Positions 1 to 12,200 of a stretch of DNA of 64,000 nt are shown here, in pieces. The translations under genes were made by a program, and so were the position numbers. A model generated the notes under the pieces. That model saw only the letters and a list, made by a program, of their open reading frames with translations. It had not been told where the DNA came from and made no database searches. Positions within the stretch are counted from its first letter, which is position 1. Every line of letters begins with the position of its first letter. Location: the NCBI GenBank assembly GCA_951406725.2, contig OX597827.1, forward strand, positions 54,250,001-54,314,000. The letters run 5' to 3'. Source of the DNA: Octopus vulgaris (Eukaryota).

Positions 1-8
1 AGGTAACA
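1..8 (+). other. possible 5' splice donor (AG|gtaaca) of the upstream ADAM exon
   Basis: Window begins ag-gtaac. I found no convincing ADAM exon between here and 27842. Cannot be verified without upstream sequence. Confidence 0.3.
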
Positions 9-1389
9 ATGCTGTCAGCTTGTTTGATTTACTGTATTCATGCCATAGTCCTCAAGTAGAGCTCGCTGGATTTGAATTCACTAATATAAGCTAAAAAAAA
101 TACATATTTTCTATTAAAATGATATCATTCTGTATAAATTAATTCACTCATTATATATAGTGCTCTTACTGCTAAGAATAATACACTTTACCTATACATG
201 ATACCTATTTAAAATTAGTCGGTCTGAACTACAATGTGTTCTATCCTGGTTACAGCTCTGTTTAATAGATTCATATAGCATTAAAGAATCATAAAATCTT
301 GGTTTAAATAGAGTATGTTATCTTGTCTGGAGACACCAAATGTTTACACTACTATTTACATAATTACTTGTTCAGTAGATTATTATGTGGAGGAGACAGG
401 GTGTAGATGGGTGTAAAAATTAATATTCAAAAACTGTTTTATGCAGAAGAATATCAAATTCATTGGAAACTTGGTCGAACTACTTGTGAGGGAAGCTAAG
501 CAAATTTCTTTAGAAAGAAAACATATTCATGTCAACAAATAATAGTACATGCATTCTCCTTATTTTAATAATTTCTTTGTAAGGACCAAACACTGTATGG
601 AGAAAGAAGTAAAGGAAGCAGATTGGAAAGTAAATATTTGGGTTAGGGATGGAATGACCTATGTCTCTTAAATCAGAATTTGCTTCTGATGTGAGAAATA
701 AGATGTAATCCAAGATTTCTTTTCCAGATGAGATTTAGTTTGGAAACAAATATGTTTGCTTGCTCCTCCTCCTTGTTCATAGAATATTTCAACTTGAATA
801 AAATAAAAAATTCTCTCTGGGCATAAATTTTCTTGGGGTGGTATGATGGCTGAGAAAAGTAAGTTAACATATAAATCCTTTTTTTTATTTTTTTAGACTT
901 TTTTTACATTCCACTAGTTGCAATATTATCCAGATTAGAAGCAATGAGATTTGATATTATCCAGATGGAATGCCAAAATAGTCTCAACAAGTATTTAACT
1001 TATTCTGAATGAAAATCTTCCAGTAGATTTCACCTTTACTTTCACCCCTAAGTTGAAAAATAAAATTAACATTGATATTATATTGTGATCCATTTGAGTG
1101 ATTGCACCCCTCTCCACACAAAATTAGGCCACACACATATACATATATCAGTGGCTTTGTAGATGAGAATATAATTACTCTTAGCTTAGAAATAGAGGTT
1201 TTAATTTTTGGTCTAGTTTGGTACTATGTCTACATGTGAAGAATAAAAGCATTTGTGACAATCAAAAATCAAATAATCAAAGTGTAGAGTAGATGTAAAT
1301 ATTCTGAAAAAATATTTTATCTCTAAAGATGATGCTGAAAGTTTGAAAAATTACAATCTTATTAACTGGCCTCGGAAATTTTAACAGGG

Positions 1390-2150
1390 TGGTTAATACT
1401 GCACTTGAACTCTTGACTGATTATGTGAGGGAGGACTCTGATTGTTGTTTATGGCTGACAAAAAGAATGGGAGTGAGCTCAACAAGAAGTAGACAAATGC
1501 AATCATTAAAAAGAAATGAAAGGATTCAAATAAGATCACTTAATACTTGCAGATTCAGACAATCATGAAACCTCATGATCATGAAAAGCATTAGTGTGGA
1601 TAGTTAAAGCAATAGGTAAGTGGATAACTACCAGCCAAGAGGTTAATATTATTGCTTAAGCATAGGAGGAAGAGCAGTACTCCTGTCCTCTATAAGTCCA
1701 CAGGAGTAAGGATTAAGGTTTTTTTGTGTGGAATCTGGGAGATGAGTAAGGCAGTAGGACTAGAAAAAGAAGATGCAGGTATGTTGACTGTATATAGTTC
1801 AGAGGAACAGAATCTACATCTATTATGGGTTTAATAATTAGCCAGTCCACAGATATCCCTTCTTTGGAAGAATGGGTTACATTGCTGTGTGTTAGAGATA
1901 CTTTTAAAGACACTAAGTCTTCTTTGAGAGATAAGTCACTGATGCAGTCTGAGAAGTTAGGGCATCCCTTGGTTTCTTGATAGGCTATCTTCAGGGTGTT
2001 TCAGAGAGTATGGGTTATAGCTGGATGTTAGGTAGGTGCATTATGTTGATCAAGCAGTGGTCAGATGATCTGACAGATGCAGAGATGATGATGGATGAGT
2101 TAATTAAACTAGTTTGTGGATGAAAAAGAGCTTGAGTTTCCTCGCAATAT
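1390..2150 (-). mobile_element. heavily decayed CR1/L2-like LINE fragment
   Basis: Purine-rich + strand; broken RT C-terminal-like peptides on the - strand; no intact ORF. Confidence 0.35.
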
Positions 2151-3170
2151 TAGTGCAACAACAAGATACTTAGATCTCAATAACTAAATCACTACTATAA
2201 GCAGTGGCTGTACTAAAATTTTGATATTACAGTATTGAGTTCAATCCTTGTCAAAAGATTTGTAATAAATCAGTTTCTTATCCCGTCAAAGAGAACTGAT
2301 TTACTTCTCATTTGCTTAACTCTGCAGAAAGAAAAAAAAGAAAAAAGAGGGGTGGAGCAGTCATATGAATCCTTCTGATTCAGAAATTAAATAACATTTG
2401 TTATGTAAGTGAAATAGTTTCAGCTGGATTTTAAAATGGGTCATAGCCCAATTTCCAATTTATCCTGTCTCAGTTACAGAACAATGGTCCTTTCAGAAAA
2501 TACTCATATTGTCAATTCTCATTATAAACCAGTTTCAGTGGTGATTGAACTATATATTTTTTTTTCCAATTTCAAATCAACTGCAGACACCTCAGTATCA
2601 ACATTTCCTATCTAATCAAATGACCAAAGCAAAACAAGATATATATTCACACACTTTAACCCATTTTAGTAGCTGGCCTTGACTCAATTTTGCATTCTAT
2701 TAGCTTGAAACCTTAGACTAAAAAAAGGCAGTTTTATTACCTGGGATATCCTGTCAGATGCATATTTCTGTGTATGTGTGTATGTCTGCATTTGTGTTTT
2801 TGTAGTCTGTTGTTTACTCAATTTGGATGCCTATAGAAGAGTGTAGATGTTGTATAAAATGGTCAGATGTTATTACAAAAGTAGAAAAGGAAAACATGCT
2901 GTTCTTCCTGGAGATAATAACCTGGGCTTTTTGTATTTCCCACCATATAATATCAGTAGGGTACATCTGTTTTCACTTACAAATTGAAAAACTCTATGTA
3001 ACAGTAAAATGCATGACAAGGGGAGAGGGTAGGATAAATAAGCAAACCTAGTAGTATGGTATGATGAAGAGAGAAGATCAAATACATGACAAAACTTCAT
3101 AATTTTGTTATTGTTTTCATATATGCAAAACTTGACAGTTGATAATGACCTTGTCTTATATCAACATAGA

Positions 3171-3350
3171 ACTCTTTTAGTTTCAGACATTGGGCTGTGG
3201 ACATGCTTAGCTATCACCCATCAAAAGTATATGTTTACAGCAGCTGGGTCTCCCCAAGTGGTTGCCTTTCTAAGTACTAACCAGGTTTGAAGTTGCTGAA
3301 CTTGGGTGATTGAATGAGAATTTGTGTTTTTAAGTTAGATAGCCATAAGC
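3171..3350 (-). mobile_element. 5S rRNA-derived (SINE3-like) element: degenerate 5S head 3350-3233 plus family-A-like 3' tail
   Basis: Reverse complement gcttatggctat...aagttcagcaac..cctggttagtacttagaaagg..accacttgggg...gctgtaaac aligns along the full ~118-nt 5S rRNA; it is followed by gcatgtccacagcccaatgtctgaaactaaaagagt. Confidence 0.75.
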
Positions 3351-4708
3351 TAATATAACACAATATGCGCATTCACACACTCACTCACTCATGCTGTGCA
3401 GCTTGATGTATGTATTCATGAATGATTATGTATTTATAATTACAAATTAGAATCTGTATATGTGTGTGTGTGTGTGTGTATAAAACATTCAATAGTGATT
3501 TCTTTGTAAATGAAATCAGTTACATGCTTCAAGCATGATGCAAAACACCATGGTAATATATTTTGAAAGATCACACAAAATTAACTAAACTTGCTGAAAT
3601 CAGTTCAAAGTGAAAGCAGTGAATGTGAAAATGATTGCATATTAGTTGAATACAGTTATTACTGGTCATTATTTGACATCTTGATTAATTTAGAAGACTG
3701 CTATATAATACAGCTAAACAGCATCAGTACAGTTCCATTTTTTTGTTTTGTTTTTGCATACTCATCTATCACAGGTTACATCTCCAGAAACATTCTAACT
3801 ATTCCTCATATGAACTGTAGCAACTTGCAATTAAAAGCTACCCTTAGAAACATAAAACATTTGTTGTGGATTTGGGAGTGTGTATTCGCAATTGAATACC
3901 AAAATCACTTGATCTTTTAATTTCTTAGTTTTTTCCTCAATATAAGTAAGGCCTCTGTTAAGTGACATGGTTTCTATAGAGATCTAATCATCTTCCTTTA
4001 CCACATTTCTTTCATAAAAACCACTCTTGTTTTATGTAGTTTTGGCTAAAGGGAAAAGGGTGGAAAAGGAAATGAAAAATACAATTTTAGAAAGTACAAT
4101 TGTAAACGTTATTTTTCTGCAGAGTATTGGACAAATATATATTACAGTTTTGAAGACAAATTTCCAATAAACATTATTGCATGTTTTAAAAACTATTTAT
4201 GTGAAATGATTTTGTTATAAACTCATAGGAATTTCAAACTATATATTGTCTTACTGGAAGTAGCTTCATTATATAGACTATATAAAAAAAAAATAATGAT
4301 ATAGGTTTTAAAAATTAACTTTAAATCCCACTAGTGTTTCTTAGAACTATGTTTTGGTTATATTTAAAAAGGTCTGCACATTTTCTTTTTCCCCCTTTGT
4401 TCTCTCTATCTATCTCTTCTCTCTGCTGATCATATACATCCAACTTCAGCCTTTCTCTCAACTAGCTATCACTTGCTGTGATTTTAATGATAGAGTATGT
4501 CTGTGAGACTCAGTTCACATAATAATGTTTGATGTGATGATCTGCTTGTGGCATCACCATTCTCTATTGTAGATGGACCCCCATTATATACAGAAATCAT
4601 TTCTTGTTCTATACACTAGATAGATAAGTGATATCTGAGAGTAGGTAATGTTATTGATAGAACACCAGTAAATTCCCAGCCAATGAACAATCAAGAAGGC
4701 ATATACAT

Positions 4709-5083
4709 ATCTTTTTTTACTTGTTTCAGTCATTAGACTGTGGCCATACTGGGGCACCCTTTAAAGAATTCTTAGTTGAATAAATCAGCCTCAGTATTTT
4801 TTTTATTTTTAAGCCTGGCACTTATTCTGTCAGTCACTTTTTGCTAAGCGACCAGGTTACGGGGATGTAAACACACCAACATCAGTTGTCAAGTAGTGGT
4901 GGTGGGGTTCCAACAAAGGCACACATACATGCATACACACACACACACAGTGGCCTTCATTCAGTTTCTGACTACCAAATCCATTCATAAGTCTTTGGTC
5001 AGCTTAAGGCTATGACAGAAGATACTTGCACAAAGTGCCACACAATAGGACTGAACAACCTTGTGGTTGGGAAGCCAGCTTGT
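4709..5083 (-). mobile_element. tRNA-derived SINE family A, 5' head interrupted by family D insertion
   Basis: Similar to the reverse complement of the 24896-25303 copy. Confidence 0.8.
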
Positions 5084-5087
5084 TTTG

Positions 5088-5656
5088 TCATCATCATCAT
5101 CATCATCATCGTTTAACGTCTGTTCTCCATGCTAGCATGGGTTGGACGGTTCGACCGGGGATCTGGGAAGCCAGAAGGCTGCACCAGGCTCCAGTCTTAT
5201 CTGGCAATGTTTCTACAGCTGGATGCCCTTCCTAACGCCAACCACTCCGTGAGTGTAGTGGGTGCTTTTTACGTGCCACCTGCACAGGTGCCAGGCGAGG
5301 CTGGCAACGGCCACGGTCGGATTGGTGTATTTTATGTGCCACCGGCACGGAAGCCAGTCGGGGCGGCGCTGGCATCGGCCACGAGTCGGATAGTGCTTTT
5401 TACGTACCAGACCAGGGATCCTGGCTGGTTCAATTCGATTTCGATTTCGCTTCGTTTTCGCTTGCCCCAACATGTCTTCGCAAGCAAAGGGGGTTGGTAT
5501 GGGTGCCTGTCGTACGGTCGGATTGGTGTATTTTACGTGCCACCGGCACGGAAGCCAGTGCAGGCGGCGCTGGCATTGGCCACGAGTCGGATAGTGCTTT
5601 TTACGTACCACCAGACCAGGGATCCTGGCTGGTTCAATTCGATTTCGATTTCGCTT
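5088..5656 (-). mobile_element. SINE-like family D (RTE-type (GAT)n tail, internal GC-rich tandem units) with ~140-bp internal duplication
   Basis: (CAT)n + tttaacgtc..ccatgctagcatgggttggacg + ggatgcccttcctaacgccaacc; CpG-rich; recurs at 9657, 14051, 49926, 53638, 59386, 60705, 63051 and in the opposite orientation near 54510-54700. Confidence 0.8.
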
Positions 5657-6278
5657 TATATATATATATATATATATATAAATTTAAGACACAATATAAA
5701 TATTCTCTGTTATTTATGACTTACATGAGTAGCATGTGACATGAGTGCATTATGCTTCATATTTCTTGGTTTCAATTTCTTTTCCTGATAAATAAATAAA
5801 TTTTAAAATAGTGAAAGAATTTATGCAATTATTCAAGCCTGAAGTAATTCTATCAATTCCTTATACTAATTTCCTTAAGTTATTAGAATTCCCTATCTTA
5901 CTATATCCTATAGTTTTCCATGTCTTGAACCAACTAATTGGTTATGTAGCATAACTTGTGTAAAGAATTTTAATTGGAAACTTTTCTTCTTCTACAACAG
6001 TAATCATGTAATCTGAATCTCAGCTGTTTTAATGCTTGGAAACAGTATTACTGAATAGTTTTTTCACATAACTACAATCAAAAGAATCAGCTCTAACTTC
6101 ACAACTCTCTTTCTTTCTTTCTCTCTCTCCTGCTCTCTCTCTCTCTCACCCTCCCTCATCCCCTGAACTTGTCTACAAACATACAGATATATGTATGTAC
6201 TTAAATATGTATGTATACATGTATGTATGTACATATACAAGTAAATAGGCATGTATGTATGTGAGTGAGTGGCTGACT

Positions 6279-6312
<34 letters not shown>

Positions 6313-6451
6313 AGTATGTCATTAAAACCATAATAATAGCTCTTTCTGAAAAATCTTTCATAAAATTTTTCCAAGTTAATTTTATATTGTATTGCTTTGT
6401 TTAAACTGTTCAATATTTTGAACATTATTTTTTCACTATCAAGATTTAGTT

Positions 6452-6671
6452 AAGGTGGCAAGCTAGCAGAAATGTTAGCATGCCGGGCGAAATGTTTGGC
6501 AGTATTTTGTCTTTCTTTATGTTCTGAGTTAAAATTCCGCCAAGGTCGACTTTGTCTTTTAACCTTTCGGGGTCAATAAATTAAGTACCAGTTGCATACT
6601 AGCGTCAGTCTAATCAACTGCTCCCCACCCCCACCCCAAAATTCAGGCCTTGTGCCTAGAGTAGAAAAGAA
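6452..6671 (+). mobile_element. tRNA-derived SINE family C (Nin/Deu-like central domain)
   Basis: aaggtggcaagctagcagaa..gagttaaaattcc..gtcgactttg..cctttcggggtcaataaattaagtacc; TSD tat(c/g)aagatttagtt at 6437-6451 and 6672-6686. Confidence 0.85.
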
Positions 6672-7831
6672 TATGAAGATTTAGTTTTGAAATTCATCTG
6701 TATAAAATTGTATGCTTTCTTAGTTTAATTTCACAGAAGCAGTTCTTCTTCACTTAACACTTGTCCGATGTCAGATACTGCTTGATCACACAATATAATA
6801 AAGACACTTGACACTTATTTGCAAAGCCTAAATTGTCTTGTTCTGCCATTGCCTATCTGTTAAGGACAAGAGGGCTTTTTTTTAAAAATCAAGATGGCTT
6901 CAGTTATAGTATATATATAATTCTGTAGATATATCTACATAGCTATAACTTTTAGTTTTCCAGTCCAGGATTTCATTGCATATGTTTCAAAAGTGTGTAT
7001 TTGATTTGCAATTATTGATATGCATTGAATTTGTCTATGCTCAGCTCCAGAATACTGCTTTGTGAACAGAAGCTTTAAGAATACCATATTACAGAGCTGT
7101 GCTTTATCCTATGGTTATGTAACTAAGTTTGCTTTGCAACTATGTAGTTCTGGGTTTGATCCTACTGTGTTGCATTTTAGACAGTCCTCTTCTTCTATAG
7201 TCTCCGGTTGACCAATGCCTTGTGGAGTAAATGTGGTAGATGGGAGAACAGGAGGAAGAGTTACTGTATTAACATATGCAATTTGACTGACCTGTGTTAA
7301 TAAAAAGTTATACCCACTTTTGCATTATTATCAATCCAACTTCTGTGTGTATTTGTATATACACACACGTATTAAACTCTCAACCATTGAGTCACTCAGT
7401 AACTTCAGCTTACCATTTGTTTTGTGGCTAAATTGGTGAATTATTTACTCATCTCTATGTGATGATATATAAAAAACAACCTGAGAGTAATCAACCATGA
7501 GGATTAGCTAAACGGGTTTTGTGTGTGTCACAAGTTATGTGACAAACATTGTTTCACTGCAAAACAGATGTAGTCTTTATTTACCATTTCCATTCCTTAC
7601 ATTCTTGGATTTTTATCCACATACTTAGCAATTTTAGTTGCTAAACTGTGAGCTGTATATTGACTGGCAGCTTACCAAAATTTCCATTGATTTCAATATA
7701 GGACAATATGTAGATAACCTATGATGGTTAATGTCCACCTCTTGTCATCCATACTTGATGTGTACATGCTTGAGGCTTACTAATTTCCTATACCTGGATC
7801 TTTCAGATCATACTACCCTCCGTGGGGGTGG

Positions 7832-7887
<56 letters not shown>

Positions 7888-8735
7888 GTACTTTGTGTGT
7901 GTGTAATTATAATGGGCATGAGGAAAAGTTGTATAATATAATTAATAGATTTACTTTCTTGATACCATCAACTCTGCTAACCAGTGTCCACATCATGTAT
8001 GTTTTGTTCAGACAGCAAGTTATGGCAAAACTATTAGTCTTCCAGTGAAATTTAGATAACATCACAAAATGGCTTCCTCTGCACATGGCCTCACATTTAG
8101 ATATAAGGAATGGAAAATGAAATCCTATGTCATTAAGACTTTGCTTAAAAATGTTAATGAAAAGAGAAGACTGGGAACCAAAGCTTTTGTTGCTGACCAG
8201 GCTTGCTGGAAGTTTATTACTTTAGCTCTACAGCATTCATTTTTTCTTTTTACCTCATACAACATTAATAAAGACTACTATGCACACAGCATACATTTTA
8301 ACAAAGAACTATAAAATTCTTGTTTTGCTGAAAGAGGAATCAGTTCCTATCTTTTCATTTTGTTTGTCAGAAAAGATTAATCAATAAGAAATGATGTTAC
8401 AATTACTGAAGGCATAAGCTAAGCAATTTACACCCCATTAATATTGAATTTCTTATCTTTTATCCTTTATTTTGGTTGTGAAACTGCTGTAGATTAAATT
8501 AAAATGATATGTTTAATTGCAATTGCCATCCCCTAGGAATTCATTGCCAGCTGTTTGCAAACTGAAAATTGATATGCAATTGAATGCTTCCAGCATAAGA
8601 AATTAATTTAGATAATGTGTTAAAAATTTAGTCCTAATGATGCCTAAAATAGGTTGAACTTCCCATTTATGATAGTGCAGCTACCATATGCACATACACA
8701 TAAATCCTACTACTTCATATATGTGTGTGTATGCA

Positions 8736-8783
<48 letters not shown>

Positions 8784-8947
8784 AGTCCAAGCAATCACCT
8801 CATCAGCTTTTCATGTAGGAATCTGGCTTGCATAATATTCCCAAAACCAAAGGAAGATCAGTTATATTTCAACAAATGATAAAAAAGAAGCACTAAAATG
8901 GTTCAAGGTATCATTGAGAAGGCATATTATGAGCCTCACAGAGTGAA

Positions 8948-9207
8948 ATATAATCAATTTGGTTGAGGAAAAGAGAAGTCAAATTGATTTTACAAGTATT
9001 TTTCATAGATGAACATGGTTTTATTCTATGCCAGTCAACTGATTGTGTTTCAAATATTTGAGGAAGTGAATGAGCAGTAATGTTATCATTACATATGTTG
9101 CATATATTGCATGTATTGCATCACTTTATATGTGGCAGCATAGAATAAACATTCATTTACAGAAATATTTGTAACATCAATTTGACTTCTCTTTCCTTAT
9201 CAAATTA

Positions 9208-9214
<7 letters not shown>
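8948..9214. mobile_element. foldback/MITE with ~85-bp terminal inverted repeats
   Basis: ...gaaaagagaagtcaaattgattttacaagtattt...ttattctatgc is the reverse complement of gcatagaataa...aaatatttgtaacatcaatttgacttctctttcc. Confidence 0.7.
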
Positions 9215-9244
<30 letters not shown>

Positions 9245-9417
9245 GTGTGTGTGTGTATGAATTAATATAAAGAGCAGTTTGCAATGTTGCACCAAAAAGG
9301 AAAATTACACATGTCACTAAATGTGATTAGGGTGTTAAGAAACACCTATGTTGCTAGAAATAAGAGCTAAACTGCTCTAATGCTGTAGTTAATGCACATG
9401 TACGAAAACATATACAC

Positions 9418-9582
9418 TAACAGAGACCATAATCGTCCAAAAAGTGCTGATCAACAATTCTTAATACTGACACATCAGTTTTGGCAATTTCCATTCACTC
9501 ATCAGTTAAGACTGCTCGATTGTTCGGCTCTTTTATTAAGGATTCTTGATTGGCACTTTTCTGATGATTATGGTCCCTGTTA
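9418..9582. mobile_element. MITE with ~50-bp terminal inverted repeats
   Basis: taacagagaccataatcgtccaaaaagtgctgatcaa... versus ...ttgattggcacttttctgatgattatggtccctgtta. Confidence 0.7.
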
Positions 9583-9656
9583 TACATATTGGCCGACTGG
9601 GAAGTCCAGCCTCCAACCCACAACCCATCATAGCAAACACATTAGTGTGAAGGACA

Positions 9657-10104
9657 CATCATCATCATCATTTAACGTCCATTTTCCGTGCTAGCACAGG
9701 TTGGATGGTTCGACCAGGGTCTGGGAAGCCAGGAGGCTACACCAGGCTCCCGTCTGATCTGGCAGTATTTCTACAGCTAGATACCCTTCCTAACGCCAAC
9801 CACTCCGTAAGTGTAGTGGGTGCTTTTTACTTGCCACTGGCACAGGTGCCAGGGGAGGCTGGCAGCGGCCACGATCGGTTGGTGCTTTTTACGTGCCACT
9901 GGCACAGAAGCCAGTCAAGGTGGCACTGGCATCGGCCATGTTCGGATGGTGCTGTTTACGTGCCACCGGCACAGAAGCCAGTCAAGGCAGTGCTGGCATC
10001 GGCCACGTTCAGATGGTGCTTTTTACTTGCCACCGGCACAGGTATCAGTCAAGTCGTCCAACCCATGCTAGCATGGAAAACGTATGTTAAACGATGATGA
10101 TGAT
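9657..10104 (-). mobile_element. family D element with four ~65-bp internal units and a second, inverted 3' tail
   Basis: Units gtgctttttacgtgccaccggcacag...; 10055-10104 is the reverse complement of 9657-9708. Confidence 0.8.
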
Positions 10105-10654
10105 TATGAAATACTTCCATGAAATTTTTTATTTATAACTTGTACCTTTATAAAACCATTTACATTTGAAATGTAAAGATATACCTGGTATCCTTAACTT
10201 TTGTCTGTGTATTTATTCAGGAAGAGAAATTTGTCAGCCTCTTGATTACTATTTCGAACAATTACTTTCTCTGATAAATTCATTTGTAAATAATTGAAAA
10301 CAGCCTAGTTGCCCAGTTTCTTAAAATACAACACACATTCTTATATTCATATGCAAAGAAGACACAGACAGACAAACTGAGGGGGTGAAATAAAGTGAGT
10401 GAGAATGTGAGAGAAAAGGTGAATATGAAAAAGAAAGAGAGAAACATGCTGCGAAGGATCAGCACAGACCTAGAGGATCTGATTATGTTAAAGTCCAATT
10501 TTCCGAGAGATATGTATTGAAGTAAAGACTTCATGATAAATTAATTAACTGTACAGAAAGCAACACCCTGATGGATAAAATTGTTTTCATTCTGCAACAC
10601 ACACACTTATGCACACCTCTTTGTTACTGTGCTCAATCCAAATGTGAACAAACA

Positions 10655-10835
10655 AGAAAAAGCAATGTGAGGACGTGGAATAAGTACAGTGTTATTGGAT
10701 GCTCAGGAAAGGAAAGAAAAGAAAGAGGATTTCACGTTTTGAGCAGAGCTTTTCATCAGAAATATAGAAAAAGTCCAAAGAAGGGAAGACGGAGAAAGAA
10801 AACCGTCAACGATACACATGCGCTCACATATTGAA
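10655..10835 (-). mobile_element. Penelope-like repeat fragment with degenerate hammerhead core
   Basis: - strand CTGATGA-aaagctctgctc-AAAACGT at 10759-10734; abuts a (TA)n tract. Confidence 0.5.
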
Positions 10836-10840
10836 AATAA

Positions 10841-10906
<66 letters not shown>

Positions 10907-11303
10907 CTCCTGAGAGCATTGAAAAATGAACATAAAAATGCTGATAATATATATATAGTCATATACCCCTCTCTGTCTGTTACATTTGTAACAGAATGAT
11001 TTCATTTCAAATAACACTAGATTGAATAGTTTCCTGCGATTGTTTTTAATTACTGAATGTGTGTCCCATTTTCTTTTTCTCTTTTTTTCTCCGACAATTG
11101 TTCAGTAAGTACCAAACCCTAAGCTTCAGAATGTGAGAGAAATAAAATGAGAAAAAGATAAAAGATAACTAAAAACAAACAAAAGTTGCCACATAGTTCA
11201 GGTGTTGTTGTTATACTACTACTATTTATTCTATGCATAATAAAATTCCACTCCTACCATAATTATGTCATTTTCAAACCAATTGTGTGTATGTGTTTGT
11301 GAA

Positions 11304-11670
11304 TTCAGTCAGTTGACTGTGGCCATGCTGGAGCACCACTTTAAGAGGTTTTAGTCAAACAAATCGACCCAAGGACTTATTCTTTGTAAGCCTAATACTT
11401 ATTCTATGGGTCTTTTTTGCTGAACTGCTAAGTTACAGGGATGTAAACACACCAACATCAGCTGACAAGCAACGGACTGATGCTGGTGGTGGTAGGGGGG
11501 AACAGACACAAATATATACACACACATGACTGGTCTAATTTCAGTTTCTGTCTACCAAATCCACTCACAAGGTTTTAGCTGGCTCAAGTACCAAAGTACC
11601 ATACAATGGAACTGAACTTGGAACCATGTGGTTGGAAAGCAAGCTTCTTACCACACAGCCATGCCTGCGC
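11304..11670 (-). mobile_element. SINE family A
   Basis: Near full-length similarity to 24896-25303. Confidence 0.85.
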
Positions 11671-11671
11671 T

Positions 11672-11703
<32 letters not shown>

Positions 11704-11918
11704 CACATACACACACACACACACTCTCTCTCTCTCTGTGAGTGTAATTTTGTCGTTGCTGTTCCCGGGTATCTTCAATTGGCTCTTCTAGAACAGATCT
11801 ATACATTAACAAGAACAGCAATAACATAAATGAACCAGAGTATTGTAATAAAAAAAAATGTTGTAACCTTGTGTCACGATAGGTGTCATGGAGTTTAACT
11901 CTCATCTAATGACATTTA

Positions 11919-12200
11919 CAGCATAGCCTAGCAGTTAGAGTGTTGCACTTTCATTCACAAGATTGTGGTTTCAATTCCCAGACTGGACAGTGCTTTGTGT
12001 TCTTGAGCAAAACACTTCATTTCACACTGCTCCAGTCCACTCAGCTGTAAATGAGTAACTCTGTTGTGACTGGTGTTCTATCCAGGGAAAGTGTTAGCCT
12101 GCTGGTCTAATCAGTGGAGGAACATCATTTGAAAAGCTGTAAGTACATTGTGACCAGTGGTGTATAACAGCATCCAATAGTGTGGTTGATATGGTGATAT
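11919..12200 (+). mobile_element. tRNA-derived SINE family B (CORE/Meta-like centre), tail differs from the 51313 copy
   Basis: tagcctagcagttagag..ggtttcaattccc..tgtgttcttgagcaaaacacttcatttcac..ccactcagctgtaaatgagta. Confidence 0.75.

Noticed and set aside
3233-3350. Functional 5S rRNA gene
   Set aside because: Many substitutions including CpG decay, solitary, and followed by a SINE-like tail.
5129-5719. Longest ORF in the track (196 aa), and similar ORFs at 9705, 14209 and 53696
   Set aside because: All lie in GC-rich family D repeats, are open in several frames and have no domain motifs.
9818-10045. Regularly spaced ~25-bp motif with ~40-bp intervals resembling a CRISPR array
   Set aside because: The 'spacers' resemble each other, the array lies inside a dispersed retroposon, there are no cas genes and the DNA is eukaryotic.
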